Shown here: positions 49,267 to 57,943 of the stretch, in pieces
Layout of the letters: each line of letters opens with the position of its first letter
How positions within the stretch are numbered: position 1 is the first letter of the stretch
Assembly (NCBI GenBank): GCA_964536225.1
Contig: CAZHVR010000003.1
Coordinates: 6,102 to 70,101 of the forward strand
Source: an uncultured Pirellulales bacterium
GTDB taxonomy: Bacteria > Planctomycetota > Phycisphaerae > Sedimentisphaerales > Anaerobacaceae
DNA: 64,000 nt
Reading direction: 5' to 3'
Program-made: the position numbers and the translations under genes
The notes under the pieces: generated by a model
What the model saw: only the letters and a program-made list of their open reading frames with translations
What the model was told of the DNA's origin: nothing
The model's database searches: none

Positions 49267-52143
49267 TTATCCCGTTTTGACTTTCTTTTTCGCCGACGAC
49301 GGCTTTTCATCGAGTTTTTTTCGCAGATAGCTGCCGGTGAAACCCGCGTTGTTTTTGGCGATTTCTTCCGGCGAGCCGGTAGCAACGACCGTTCCGCCTG
49401 CGTCGCCGCCTTCGGGGCCGAGGTCGATTATATAATCGGCCATTTTGATTACGTCTAAGTTATGCTCTATTACCACGACGGTATTGCCCATATCGCACAG
49501 CCGCTGCAGGACGTTGAGGAGATTGTGAATATCTGCGAAATGCAGACCCGTCGTCGGCTCGTCGAGGACGTAAAGCGTATGGCCGGTCGCGGCCTTACCC
49601 AGTTCCGACGCCAGTTTCACCCGCTGCGCCTCACCGCCCGAAAGCGTCGTTGACGGCTGCCCTAATCGCATGTAGCCGAGGCCGACGTCGTTTAGCATTT
49701 TGAGGAAGCGGACGACGGTGGGGAAATTGGCGAAGAATTCGAGGGCCTCCTCAACCGGCATATCGAGAACATCGGCGATTGTTTTGCCCCTGTAAGTTAT
49801 CTCAAGGGTTTCGGGGTTATATCGTTTGCCCTTGCATTGCTGGCAGGTCACATACACATCCGGGAGGAAGTGCATCTCGATTTTCATTGTGCCCTGGCCC
49901 TTGCAGTTTTCGCACCGGCCGCCGCGTGTATTGAAGCTGAACCGCCCTGCCTTGTAGCCGCGGATTTTGGCCTCGCGCGTTTTGGCGAATAATTTACGAA
50001 TCTCATCGAGGGCGCCGGTATATGTCGCGGGGTTGCTGCGGGGTGTTTTACCGATGGGCGACTGGTCGATTTCGATAACCTTGTCGATTTGGGAGGCGCC
50101 GAGGATGGTTTTGTGTTTGCCGGGGTGCACTCGCGAATTATACAGGCGCCGTCGAAGCGCCCTCAATAATACCTGGTCAACGAGGGTCGATTTTCCAGAG
50201 CCGGAGATGCCGGTCACACAGACAAAAACACCGAGGGGGAACTTGACGTCGATATTTTTGAGGTTGTGCTCGGCGGCGCCTTTGACCTCGATACACTTTC
50301 GAAGGTTGTATACGCGTCTTCTGGGGGGCAGGGCGATTTTCTTTCTGCCTGCGAGGTAATCGCCGGTCAGCGACTTTCTGCATTTGATAACGTTCTGCAG
50401 CGTTCCTTCGACCACGACTTCGCCTCCGTGGGCGCCGGCGGCAGGGCCGATATCGATTATGTGGTCGGCGGCCTTGATAATATCCTCATCGTGCTCGACG
50501 ACGATGACGGTATTTCCGATTTGCGTCAGCCGCTGCAGAATTCTGAGGAGCCGGTCGTTATCGCGTTTGTGAAGGCCGATGGTCGGCTCATCGAGGACGT
50601 AGCAGACGCCGACGAGGCCGGAGCCGACCTGGGTGGCGAGACGAATTCGCTGTGCCTCGCCGCCTGCCAACGTGCCGCTTCTGCGGTCGAGCGTGAGGTA
50701 ACCGAGGCCGACATCAACCATAAAGCCGAGACGCAGCTTGATTTCTTTGAGGATTCGTTCGGCGATTATGGTTTTTCCCTTATCGAGCTTCAGGGTATCG
50801 AAAAACTTCTGCGCCTGCTCGATACTGAACATCGAGAGCTGGTGAATATTCATACCGCCGACGGTTACCGCAATCGCTTCGGGTCGCAGGCGTGCGCCGT
50901 TACATTTTGTGCAGGGCAGCTCGCCGAAGAAGCTGTGCAGCCGCTCCTTGACGTATTCGCTTTCGGTGTTCTTCCACCTTCGCATAAGATTGGGAATGAC
51001 GCCTTCGAATTCGTAGCCGTATTTGTCCTCGTCTTCTTCTTTCGTGCCGTACATCAAAATCCGCCGAATGCGTTCGGGCAGGCGGTCGAAAGGTATCTTT
51101 CGATTAACTTTGAAGTCCTTACAGAATTCGTGGATGAGCCAGCCGTAATACATATTCATCTGCTTGCCGCCCTTTCGCCAGGCGTCGATTGCGCCATCTT
51201 CGAGCGACCTCGATTTATCCGGCACAATCAGGTCGGGGTCGAATTCGAGGGTCACACCCAGTCCGTCGCAGCTTTTGCAGGCACCGTAGGGGCTGTTGAA
51301 GCTGAAAAGACGCGGCGAAAGCTCCGCCAGCGAGGCCTCGGGATGTTCGGGACAGGCGAATTTCTCGCTGTATATCGTTTCGGCCCACTTACCGTTGCTT
51401 TGTTTATCATCCGGCTCCTGACTTAATACAACGACAAGGCCGTCGGCGAGCTTCAAGGCGGTCTCGACCGAATCGGCGAGACGAATCCGCACCTGCTCAT
51501 TTATAATCAGCCGGTCAACGACGGCGGCAATACTGTGCTTTTTCTTCCTGTCAAGGGCCGGCGTATTTCGAATGTCGTAAATCGAGCCATCCACCCGGAC
51601 GCGGACGAATCCCTCGCGCTGTATTGTCTTGAAGACGTCCTTATGCTCGCCTTTTTTGCCTCGAATCAGCGGCGCGCAAATCTGAACCTTTGTTCCCGCC
51701 GGGCTGTCGAGTATCCAATCGACAATCTGCGACGAGTGCTGGCTGGTGATTTCCCTTCCGCAGACCCAGCAGTGAGGTATGCCGACGCGTGCGAAAAGCA
51801 GGCGGAAGTAATCGTAAATTTCGGTCGTTGTGGCAACCGTCGAGCGGGGATTCGCGGTGGCGCTACGCTGCTCGATGGCTATTGTGGGGGGAAGGCCCGT
51901 GATTTCGCCTACGGCGGGCTTTTGCATCTGCTCCAGGAACTGCCTGGCATACGAGCTTAGCGATTCGACGTATTTGCGTCTTCCTTCGGCGAAAATGGTA
52001 TCGAAGGCCAGCGAGCTTTTACCTGAGCCGCTTATTCCGGTAATAGCGACTAATTTATCGCGGGGAATTTCAAGGTTGATATTTTTGAGATTATGCTCGG
52101 CCGCCGCGGTTATCCGAATAACTTTCTCGCCCGGTTGTGCCAT
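49267..52143 (-). CDS. uvrA: Excinuclease ABC subunit A
   Basis: Two Walker A sites (GISGSGKSSL, GISGSGKSTL), zinc-finger Cys pairs, two LSGGEAQR signatures. 958 aa. Confidence 0.98.
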   Translation of the reverse strand: MAQPGEKVIRITAAAEHNLKNINLEIPRDKLVAITGISGSGKSSLAFDTIFAEGRRKYVESLSSYARQFLEQMQKPAVGEITGLPPTIAIEQRSATANPRSTVATTTEIYDYFRLLFARVGIPHCWVCGREITSQHSSQIVDWILDSPAGTKVQICAPLIRGKKGEHKDVFKTIQREGFVRVRVDGSIYDIRNTPALDRKKKHSIAAVVDRLIINEQVRIRLADSVETALKLADGLVVVLSQEPDDKQSNGKWAETIYSEKFACPEHPEASLAELSPRLFSFNSPYGACKSCDGLGVTLEFDPDLIVPDKSRSLEDGAIDAWRKGGKQMNMYYGWLIHEFCKDFKVNRKIPFDRLPERIRRILMYGTKEEDEDKYGYEFEGVIPNLMRRWKNTESEYVKERLHSFFGELPCTKCNGARLRPEAIAVTVGGMNIHQLSMFSIEQAQKFFDTLKLDKGKTIIAERILKEIKLRLGFMVDVGLGYLTLDRRSGTLAGGEAQRIRLATQVGSGLVGVCYVLDEPTIGLHKRDNDRLLRILQRLTQIGNTVIVVEHDEDIIKAADHIIDIGPAAGAHGGEVVVEGTLQNVIKCRKSLTGDYLAGRKKIALPPRRRVYNLRKCIEVKGAAEHNLKNIDVKFPLGVFVCVTGISGSGKSTLVDQVLLRALRRRLYNSRVHPGKHKTILGASQIDKVIEIDQSPIGKTPRSNPATYTGALDEIRKLFAKTREAKIRGYKAGRFSFNTRGGRCENCKGQGTMKIEMHFLPDVYVTCQQCKGKRYNPETLEITYRGKTIADVLDMPVEEALEFFANFPTVVRFLKMLNDVGLGYMRLGQPSTTLSGGEAQRVKLASELGKAATGHTLYVLDEPTTGLHFADIHNLLNVLQRLCDMGNTVVVIEHNLDVIKMADYIIDLGPEGGDAGGTVVATGSPEEIAKNNAGFTGSYLRKKLDEKPSSAKKKVKTG

Positions 52144-52318
52144 ATAAGTCCCGTTATTTGCAAAAGCACTAATACGCCAAATTTCGACAATAATCCAAAC
52201 CTGCTATTGTAGCAAAGTATGCGGGAAAAAGCAAATTCGATGATACTTGTTTACGACCTCGCAATGACAAGCAGGAATGACAATCCACCAGAAAGAATTG
52301 GGAGCCAACCAGCAGATT

Positions 52319-53026
52319 TTATTTCGGGTAGCCGACGGTCTGGGCAACGATGATCTGGTCGGGTTTGAGTTTGACAATCTCGCTGAATTTTTTCTGGTCA
52401 ATCATTCCCCGGACCACCGTCGCCAAGCCCTCCGACGCACAATAGAGATAGACGTTTTGCACAATGCAGCCGACCTCGACATCACCCCAGATTTTTCGTT
52501 TCTCTACCGGGACGGGCGCGGGTGCATCTTTGCGATTTCTGAGGGTAAAAGTATAAACGAGGTTGACGGGAGCAATATAAACGAAATCCTGCATGCCGGC
52601 CGATTTTCGAAAATCGCCTTTGGCGACGGGCTTAAGCTCGCTTTTGGCGGGGTCGTATAGGAAGACACCCTCGGGCAGCACAACGTAAATATCAATGCAG
52701 TAAATACCCATTGCGGCGGGCGAGGTGCGTTTGCCGTCGGGCCTGTTGACGCCGTCGGCGGCCCAGAGCAGGTCCGAGAGCTGCCGGAGGGTGAGCTTTT
52801 TGTCCGAGATATCACGGGTAGATTTTCTTTTCTTCAGGGCCTGCATCAGGGAGATTCCGCGGTCCAGCTCGGGCGGATTGAGCTTGATTACACCGAATTT
52901 CTGCGGGACCTGCTGCGACTGTCCGGCGGTATCGGCATTCTGTGAAAAACCGAGTTTCGTAACGCCCAGCGCGCTTAATGCGGGCACTGTTTTCAAAAAT
53001 GTTCTGCGGTTCATAAGCACCTCCAA
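52319..53026 (-). CDS. Tat-signal nitroreductase-family protein
   Basis: Twin-arginine signal NRRTFLK...ALGV. Nitroreductase/SagB-like core (RKSTRD, LLWAADGVNR, RKIWGDVEVGCIVQNVYL). Confidence 0.8.
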   Translation of the reverse strand: MEVLMNRRTFLKTVPALSALGVTKLGFSQNADTAGQSQQVPQKFGVIKLNPPELDRGISLMQALKKRKSTRDISDKKLTLRQLSDLLWAADGVNRPDGKRTSPAAMGIYCIDIYVVLPEGVFLYDPAKSELKPVAKGDFRKSAGMQDFVYIAPVNLVYTFTLRNRKDAPAPVPVEKRKIWGDVEVGCIVQNVYLYCASEGLATVVRGMIDQKKFSEIVKLKPDQIIVAQTVGYPK

Positions 53027-53090
53027 ATAATCAGAAATTGCAATGCCTTATACTGTTAGCCGATTTTAGCTGCGGGCCGGGTAAAATACA

Positions 53091-53129
53091 AAAAAATAAA
53101 AAAGCCCCCGAAGTCGAGGATTTCGGGGG
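53091..53129 (-). terminator. Intrinsic terminator downstream of hsp20
   Basis: Minus strand CCCCCGAA-N9-UUCGGGGG followed by CUUUUUUAUUUUUUU. Confidence 0.8.
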
Positions 53130-53204
53130 TTAAATATGAAAGGGCCGCGTCGGCCAACACAGCCGATACGGCCCTTTTCCTGCAATTACCAAACCGGTGT
53201 GGAA

Positions 53205-53645
53205 TTATTGTTCTTTTACCTTGACCTTTACGGCCTTTGCACGTTCGGATTTGGGCAGCTTGAGGGTGAGGATGCCGTTCTTGTAGGAAGCGTCAACCTT
53301 CGAGGCATCGACTTCCGAGCTTAGCGTGAGGTCACGTCTGAATGAGCCGTAGTTTCTTTCCTCGTAGAAGTAGCCCTTTTCCCTTTTCTCTTCTTCGTGT
53401 TTTTTCTCGCCGCTGATGGTCAGCGTGTTGCCCTGCACCGAGATGTCGATATCGTCTGGTTTGCAGCCGGGCACCTCGGCCTTTACTGTAATGTTGTTTT
53501 CATCCTCGGCGATATCAATTGCCGGCCATACTTCGCGTTCGGCCCAGAAGGGTCTGCCGCCAAAGAACGAACCGATTAAGTCGTCCATATCCCTGTGCAG
53601 CCGGGCCAGTTCGCCCTTTTCTCTTGTGAATGGTACGAGTTTCAT
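53205..53645 (-). CDS. Hsp20/alpha-crystallin small heat-shock protein
   Basis: Alpha-crystallin domain with AEVPG and ASYKNGILTLKLPK. Confidence 0.93.
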   Translation of the reverse strand: MKLVPFTREKGELARLHRDMDDLIGSFFGGRPFWAEREVWPAIDIAEDENNITVKAEVPGCKPDDIDISVQGNTLTISGEKKHEEEKREKGYFYEERNYGSFRRDLTLSSEVDASKVDASYKNGILTLKLPKSERAKAVKVKVKEQ

Positions 53646-53960
53646 AATTGTGCCCCCTTTCTTAATTAAACCTTAAATATCTTCGCTTCTTCTACTATTT
53701 ATACGATGCAAACCGCGCGCCAATCCGGGCAAATCTTTTATTGCCCCAAAATCGAGGCCGAACCGTCTTTTAGGACGTTTTGCAGTGACAGCCGGCCTGC
53801 CAATTTGGCAAGGTCAATTTTTTGCAGAAATTTGTTGAATATTGTGGGTCTTTGGGGTATTTTTTAAGCGGTGTAAGGGGCGCTTTTTTAACAATCCCCG
53901 GAAAGCGCTTTTCGGGAACAACGGGGAGATTAAGTGGTAGTGGTTTTCAAGGAGAAAGAC

Positions 53961-54164
53961 GTGGCTACAGGCAAGGTAAAATGGTTTAACGAGAAAAAGG
54001 GTTTTGGTTTTATCATCCCCGACGACGGCGGCGAAGACGTGTTTGTTCATCACTCCAAGATCGTTGCAGAGGGCTTCAGGACGCTGAAGGAAGGCCAGGC
54101 GGTGGAATACGACCTCGGAGAGGGAAAGAAAGGGCCGGAGGCGACCGACGTAAAGCCCTCTTAG
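53961..54164 (+). CDS. cspA: Cold-shock protein (CspA family)
   Basis: GTG start giving (M)[20 protein letters not shown]1 KGFGFI and RNP2 VFVHH. Confidence 0.93.
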   Translation: MATGKVKWFNEKKGFGFIIPDDGGEDVFVHHSKIVAEGFRTLKEGQAVEYDLGEGKKGPEATDVKPS

Positions 54165-54190
54165 AAGTTATAGCAGGACTAAAAACCCGC

Positions 54191-54220
54191 AGTCCCGTCG
54201 AAACAGGCGGGACTTTTTTA
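54191..54220 (+). terminator. Intrinsic terminator downstream of the cold-shock gene
   Basis: AGTCCCG (54191-54197) / CGGGACT (54208-54214) followed by a T-run. Confidence 0.7.
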
Positions 54221-54266
54221 TGCGCGTATTTTTGGTTATCAGGAAATCAGGGCATCAGGGTGCAGG

Positions 54267-54512
54267 TTAACTCTGCGGGGTGTTGGTATTCTCGGGAGGT
54301 GAGTCATCTTTTTTGTATTCGGGTTTTTTGAACTCGGCCAGTTTTTTGGCATAATCGGCGACGGAACTTGTCGCCTGCTTGTAGCGTTCGGACCTCTGTT
54401 TGGGCATTTGCTCTTCGAGCTTGTTCTGCCGCCAGTTCCATATCCCGTAAACAAGCCAGCCCAAGCCAACCAGCGCTGCAGAAACGATTATTATTATCCA
54501 AAACAAAGTCAT
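54267..54512 (-). CDS. Hypothetical small membrane-anchored protein
   Basis: One N-terminal TM helix (LFWIIIIVSAALVGLGWLVYGIW), then a Lys/Glu-rich tail. No clear SD. Confidence 0.35.
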   Translation of the reverse strand: MTLFWIIIIVSAALVGLGWLVYGIWNWRQNKLEEQMPKQRSERYKQATSSVADYAKKLAEFKKPEYKKDDSPPENTNTPQS

Positions 54513-54627
54513 AGTTTCAGAATATACATTCGGCGCCTGTAATCGTCAACCCGTTAATTACATCAACAGGCCTGTTTTTTTGTCGGTAAAATGTATTGTG
54601 GCGGGCTAAAAATGTCGAAAAAACAAT

Positions 54628-54656
54628 TTGACAGGGTAGTGAGTAAATACTACAAT
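54628..54656 (+). promoter_or_regulatory. Sigma70-like promoter upstream of ilvB
   Basis: TTGACA (54628-54633), a 17-nt spacer, then TACAAT (54651-54656). Implies a leader of about 180 nt before ATG 54843. Confidence 0.45.
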
Positions 54657-54842
54657 TAAGTTGTATTCGGTTGAAAACAGCCGGATGCAATCCTGAGATT
54701 CGCCTGTCGGCGTGATTTCGGGAATATGGTTGGGCCTGAAACTTTGTTTTGGCAGGTCGGCCCTGTGGCGGGGTCGGCAGGCCATGCGAAGCGGCCCGAG
54801 AAACTGTAGTTTACCGGGATATTGTCAGGAAAGAGGTGTAAA

Positions 54843-56615
54843 ATGAGTGCCAAATCTACCGGCTCGGCTGGTTCGGCCGAGAAATCCTCCATTCTCAAGA
54901 CCCCCGACAAAAGCATTCAAGGGCAAGCAGGCCTGAAGACAGGAGCTGAGATTGCCGTTCAAACACTTATCGACCAGGGCGTCGATACGATGTTCGGCTA
55001 TCCAGGGGGGGTGATCCTCCCATTTTTTGACCGGCTGTATGATGCGCCGATAAGGTTCATAATTCCGCGTCACGAGCAGGGCGGCTGTCACATGGCCGAC
55101 GCTTACGCGCGGGCCAGCGGCAAGGTCGGCGTGATAGTCGTAACCAGCGGGCCGGGTGCGTGCAACATAGTAACGGGCCTGGGCACGGCGATGATGGATT
55201 CGATTCCTATTGTCGCAATAACGGGGCAGGTCCGCACAGAGCTGATAGGCAACGACGCCTTTCAGGAAGCCGACACGACGGGCATTACCCGGCCGGTAAC
55301 AAAATACAACTGTATCGTCAAAGACATCAAAGACCTCGAGCGGACAATCAAGGAGGCGTTCTATATCGCATCTACGGGCAGGCCGGGGCCGGTCGTTATT
55401 GATTTGCCGGTCGATATTCAGGTCGCAAAAACAAACTTTGACGGCAAAGCTGAAATGAAGCTGCGCGGGTATCGACCCAGGCCGAAGGGACATTCACGGC
55501 AGATATCGATGGCGGCCGAGGCGATAAACAAGTCCGAAAGGCCGGTCCTTTACGTCGGCGGCGGTATCATCATCGCAAACGCGGCAGAAGAAATGAGGGC
55601 GCTTGCGAAAAAAGCGCATCTGCCTGTTACGATGACGCTGCTTGGGCTGGGCAGCTTCGACCAGAATGAGCCGGAGTCGCTGGATATGTTAGGGATGCAC
55701 GGCTCGGCGTACGCAAACTACGCGGTCCAGGAGTGCGATTTGCTAATCGCGGTCGGTGCCAGGTTCGACGACAGGGTAACAGGCAAGGTAAAGACGTTTG
55801 CCCCGCACGCGAAGATTATCCACATTGATATCGACCCGGCGAGCATTGCGAAGAACGTTCGCGCGAACATCCCCGTCGTCGGCGACGCAAAATACATACT
55901 TGCGGAGATGGCCAAAGAGGTCGAATACCGCCAGCGCAAGGAATGGTTTGCGAAGATTGCGCAGTGGAAGAAAAAATATCCGCTTACTTACGACAAGAAA
56001 TCGACGAACATCAAGCCGCAATACGTCATCGAGCAGATTTGCGAGCTGACCGGCGGCGATGCGATAATAACAACCGGCGTCGGGCAGCACCAGATGTGGA
56101 CGCCTCAGTTTTATAAGTTCAGACGGCCGAGGCAGCTTATTACGTCGGGCGGATTAGGGACAATGGGGTTCGGACTGCCCGCGGCGATAGGCGCACAGGT
56201 CGCACAGCCCAGCGCGACGGTTGTTGACATCGACGGCGACCACAGCTTCAATATGACGATGACCGAGCTTCGCACGGCTGTCGAATACGAGCTGCCGATA
56301 AAGGTCTGCATCCTCAATAACGGATATATGGGGATGGTTCGCCAGTGGCAGGAGCTTTTCTACAACAGGCGCTACTCAAAAACCTACCTTGCAAACCCTG
56401 AATATGCACAAGTAGCCGAGGCGCTGGGCGCAGTTGGTATGACGGTTGACAAAAAGGCAGACGTCCCAAAGGCAATAAAAAAGGCGCTTGGCGAGAAAAG
56501 ACCCTGCGTTATTGATTTCAAGGTTGAGCGTGAAGAGAATGTCTGGCCTATGGTCGCGGCAGGCAAATCGCTCAATGAAATGGACGGCTTGGACCTGCTG
56601 GAGAGTATGGCTTAG
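54843..56615 (+). CDS. ilvB: Acetolactate synthase, large subunit
   Basis: ATG 54843 preceded by AGAGGTG. TPP motif GGLGTMGFGLPAAIGA...NNGYMGMVRQWQ. 590 aa. Confidence 0.95.
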   Translation: MSAKSTGSAGSAEKSSILKTPDKSIQGQAGLKTGAEIAVQTLIDQGVDTMFGYPGGVILPFFDRLYDAPIRFIIPRHEQGGCHMADAYARASGKVGVIVVTSGPGACNIVTGLGTAMMDSIPIVAITGQVRTELIGNDAFQEADTTGITRPVTKYNCIVKDIKDLERTIKEAFYIASTGRPGPVVIDLPVDIQVAKTNFDGKAEMKLRGYRPRPKGHSRQISMAAEAINKSERPVLYVGGGIIIANAAEEMRALAKKAHLPVTMTLLGLGSFDQNEPESLDMLGMHGSAYANYAVQECDLLIAVGARFDDRVTGKVKTFAPHAKIIHIDIDPASIAKNVRANIPVVGDAKYILAEMAKEVEYRQRKEWFAKIAQWKKKYPLTYDKKSTNIKPQYVIEQICELTGGDAIITTGVGQHQMWTPQFYKFRRPRQLITSGGLGTMGFGLPAAIGAQVAQPSATVVDIDGDHSFNMTMTELRTAVEYELPIKVCILNNGYMGMVRQWQELFYNRRYSKTYLANPEYAQVAEALGAVGMTVDKKADVPKAIKKALGEKRPCVIDFKVEREENVWPMVAAGKSLNEMDGLDLLESMA

Positions 56616-56618
56616 CTT

Positions 56619-56646
56619 GATACTCGATGCTGGATGCTCGATACTC
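56619..56646 (+). repeat. Four tandem heptamers GATACTC GATGCTG GATGCTC GATACTC immediately upstream of the four-helix-bundle gene
   Basis: Read directly from the sequence. Starts 4 nt after the ilvB stop. Confidence 0.8.
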
Positions 56647-56679
56647 GAAATCAACAGCTTATATAGTGAGGAAATATAA

Positions 56680-57087
56680 ATGGCTTTTAAGAGCTACAAA
56701 GATTTGGATATTTACAAAAAAGCTCATAAATTAGCCATTGAAGTCCACCAAATGAGCTTAAAGCTGCCAAAATTCGAGATGTTTGAAGAGGGCAGCCAGA
56801 TAAGAAGGTCAAGCAAATCTGTCAAAAGCAATATAGTGGAAGGTTTTGGAAGACGGAGATATAAACAGGAATTTATCAAGTTCCTGACATACTCTCTGGC
56901 TTCCTGTGATGAAACTATGGACCATTTAAGAACATTATACGAAACTAATTCACTCAACGACGAAGACGGTTATCATTACTTTTGCGAAGAATATGACCAT
57001 CTTGGCAGGATGATAAATAACTTCGTCAAGTCGGTCGAGAACACCCATAACGAGTTTCGAGAATCAAGAATCGAGGAACGAATATGA
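56680..57087 (+). CDS. Four-helix-bundle protein (23S rRNA intervening-sequence protein / Avd-like family)
   Basis: Typical family N-terminus [55 protein letters not shown] and [11 protein letters not shown]. Strongly AT-rich relative to its flanks. Its stop overlaps the ilvN ATG (ATGA). Confidence 0.88.
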   Translation: MAFKSYKDLDIYKKAHKLAIEVHQMSLKLPKFEMFEEGSQIRRSSKSVKSNIVEGFGRRRYKQEFIKFLTYSLASCDETMDHLRTLYETNSLNDEDGYHYFCEEYDHLGRMINNFVKSVENTHNEFRESRIEERI

Positions 57088-57599
57088 AACATATAATAAG
57101 CGCGTTGGTTGAGAATAAGCCGGGGGTCCTGGCGAACGTCGCGGGGATGTTCGCGGCAAGGGCGTTTAATATCGATTCGTTAGTCGTCGGGCGGACGGAG
57201 GACCCGGAGCTTAGTCGGATGACGATAGTCGTCGTCGGCGACGATAAGGTGCTCGAACAGGTCCGCAAACAATTGGCCAAGCTGATTCCGGTTGTGAAGG
57301 TCCAGGATTTTGCCGGCCAGGCGGTGGTCGCTCGTGACCTGATGCTGGTAACGTTTGCGGCGTCTGCCGAGAAGCGGGCCGAGGTCCTGGCGCTGATTGA
57401 GACATTCAAGGGCAAGGTCGTCGATATCGGGCAAAAGTACGTTATGGTCGAAATCAGCGGACCTGAGGAAAAAATCGAGGCGTTTATCGAGATGTGCCGG
57501 CCATACGGCATAAAAAATGTCGCCCGGACCGGGACCATCGCAATGCCGAGACAAGAGAAGAGCGCCGCTGCGGCAGCGGTTCAGGAAGACGCGTCTTAG
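57084..57599 (+). CDS. ilvN: Acetolactate synthase, small (regulatory) subunit
   Basis: ACT domain [29 protein letters not shown]. 171 aa. Confidence 0.95.
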   Translation: MKHIISALVENKPGVLANVAGMFAARAFNIDSLVVGRTEDPELSRMTIVVVGDDKVLEQVRKQLAKLIPVVKVQDFAGQAVVARDLMLVTFAASAEKRAEVLALIETFKGKVVDIGQKYVMVEISGPEEKIEAFIEMCRPYGIKNVARTGTIAMPRQEKSAAAAAVQEDAS

Positions 57600-57704
57600 A
57601 ATCAGGTAAGGCCGGTTTGCAAAAGCTTTTCTTCGGGGCCGGTTTGGTGTATAATTCTGATGATTAAATCAAACGGTGATTTTGTATAAGCAAGGAGATA
57701 CGGT

Positions 57705-57845
57705 ATGGAACAGCATCGGATGAGCAAGGTAAAAAGGAAACGCAAGAGCGGCTTTCTTGTGCGGATGCGGACGAAGAAGGGGCGACAGATGATAAACCGC
57801 AAAAGAAAATGCGGAAGAAGCGTCAACGTAAGAAAAAGTAAATAG
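57705..57845 (+). CDS. rpmH: 50S ribosomal protein L34 (not in ORF track, 46 codons)
   Basis: Manual translation gives MEQHRMSKVKRKRKSGFLVRMRTKKGRQMINRKRKCGRSVNVRKSK. It matches the L34 pattern K-R-K-R-x-x-GF-x-x-RM-x-T-x-x-GR-x-x-x-x-R-R. AGGAGA SD 7 nt upstream. TATAAT at 57650-57655. Confidence 0.85.
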   Translation: MEQHRMSKVKRKRKSGFLVRMRTKKGRQMINRKRKCGRSVNVRKSK

Positions 57846-57902
57846 GTGAGCAATGCACAGCACCCTGCAAAACCGGCTTACTGCTCCGCCACGGCGGATA
57901 AA

Positions 57903-57921
57903 TTTCGCGGGAATGACAAAA
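57903..57921 (+). repeat. 19-nt repeat copy A (TTTCGCGGGAATGACAAAA), upstream of ilvC
   Basis: Exact 19/19 match to 58979-58997. Confidence 0.9.
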
Positions 57922-57943
57922 TAGAAATAAGGAGAACGATACA

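Noticed and set aside
49233-49385. N-terminal extension of mtnA (MLPARRKKSPKTTR...)
   Set aside because: It overlaps the 3' end of uvrA and is highly basic. The MtnA homology begins at MKMVKTLQW.
50266-51426. 386-aa ORF on the plus strand
   Set aside because: It lies entirely antisense to uvrA, whose identity is unambiguous. The sequence is low-complexity and Arg/Gly/Ala/Val-rich, typical of shadow ORFs in GC-rich genes.
45804-52172. 13-nt repeat GCAAAAGCACTAA at 45804-45816 and 52160-52172
   Set aside because: Matches of this length are expected many times by chance in 64 kb on both strands. The two copies also have inconsistent positions relative to neighbouring genes.
56680-57087. Diversity-generating retroelement around the Avd-like gene
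   Set aside because: There is no reverse transcriptase ORF and no template/variable repeat pair anywhere in the window. I treated it as a solo four-helix-bundle gene.
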